Shown one piece after another: positions 63,995-64,000 of a stretch of 64,000 nucleotides of DNA. The stretch's first letter is position 1. Each line of letters starts with the position of its first letter. Under the pieces are notes generated by a model, which was not told the origin of the DNA, did not search any database, and saw only the letters and a list, made by a program, of their open reading frames with translations. The position numbers and the translations under genes are program-made. This DNA comes from Candidatus Sericytochromatia bacterium. GTDB lineage: Bacteria > Cyanobacteriota > Sericytochromatia > S15B-MN24 > VGJW01. The stretch lies in the NCBI GenBank assembly GCA_035285595.1, contig JAYKGV010000016.1, positions 19,947 to 83,946 of the forward strand. Reading direction: 5' to 3'.

Positions 63995-64000
63995 CGCCTT

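Noticed and set aside
1-64000. Mobile elements, prophage, tRNA/rRNA genes, riboswitches
   Set aside because: No transposase, integrase, recombinase or phage structural signatures were seen. No cloverleaf-like tRNA candidates or rRNA-like stretches were noticed by eye. The high-GC composition is uniform apart from a few intergenic pockets.

Overview
High-GC (~70%) bacterial chromosomal segment that is densely coded on both strands, with many 1-4 nt start/stop overlaps (ATGA, GTGA, TGATG) indicating translational coupling. I saw no rRNA, tRNA, CRISPR array, transposase or integrase. Recognisable housekeeping genes include the rplU C-terminal fragment with rpmA, an HU-family protein, yebC, a cell-wall amidase, leuS, and an lspA-obg-proB-proA-nadD-rsfS cluster followed by a DMT permease. 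There is an RND efflux pair (periplasmic adaptor plus pump) co-transcribed with a TPR protein, and two convergent OmpR/histidine-kinase pairs. A complete Flp/Tad (tight-adherence) pilus locus runs from a 53-aa Flp pilin through prepilin peptidase, three TadE/TadG-like pseudopilins, CpaB, a secretin, TadB/TadC, DUF192 and an SLH-domain outer-membrane protein; CpaE and CpaF are fused into a single reading frame. A further minus-strand operon encodes a lipoprotein, an M28 peptidase, a GH38 alpha-mannosidase and an HD-GYP/GAF protein. The most unusual element is a ~10.5 kb, seven-gene translationally coupled operon on the minus strand (12047-22512). It encodes large acidic or proline-rich bitopic membrane proteins with degenerate J-domain-like modules, TPR repeats, a GNAT acetyltransferase and a protein ending in a C4 zinc ribbon. 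It converges on a TPR/J-like gene fused to the efflux operon. I could not match it to a described system, so it is the best candidate for something new. Other oddities are a near-perfect 3 x 117-bp in-frame tandem repeat in a gene co-transcribed with a two-component system next to the pilus locus, a Gly-Arg-Tyr nonapeptide-repeat protein with a C39-like cysteine motif, and a 24-bp x 4 repeat in a lipoprotein. Many long ORFs in the supplied track are antisense high-GC artefacts and were discarded.
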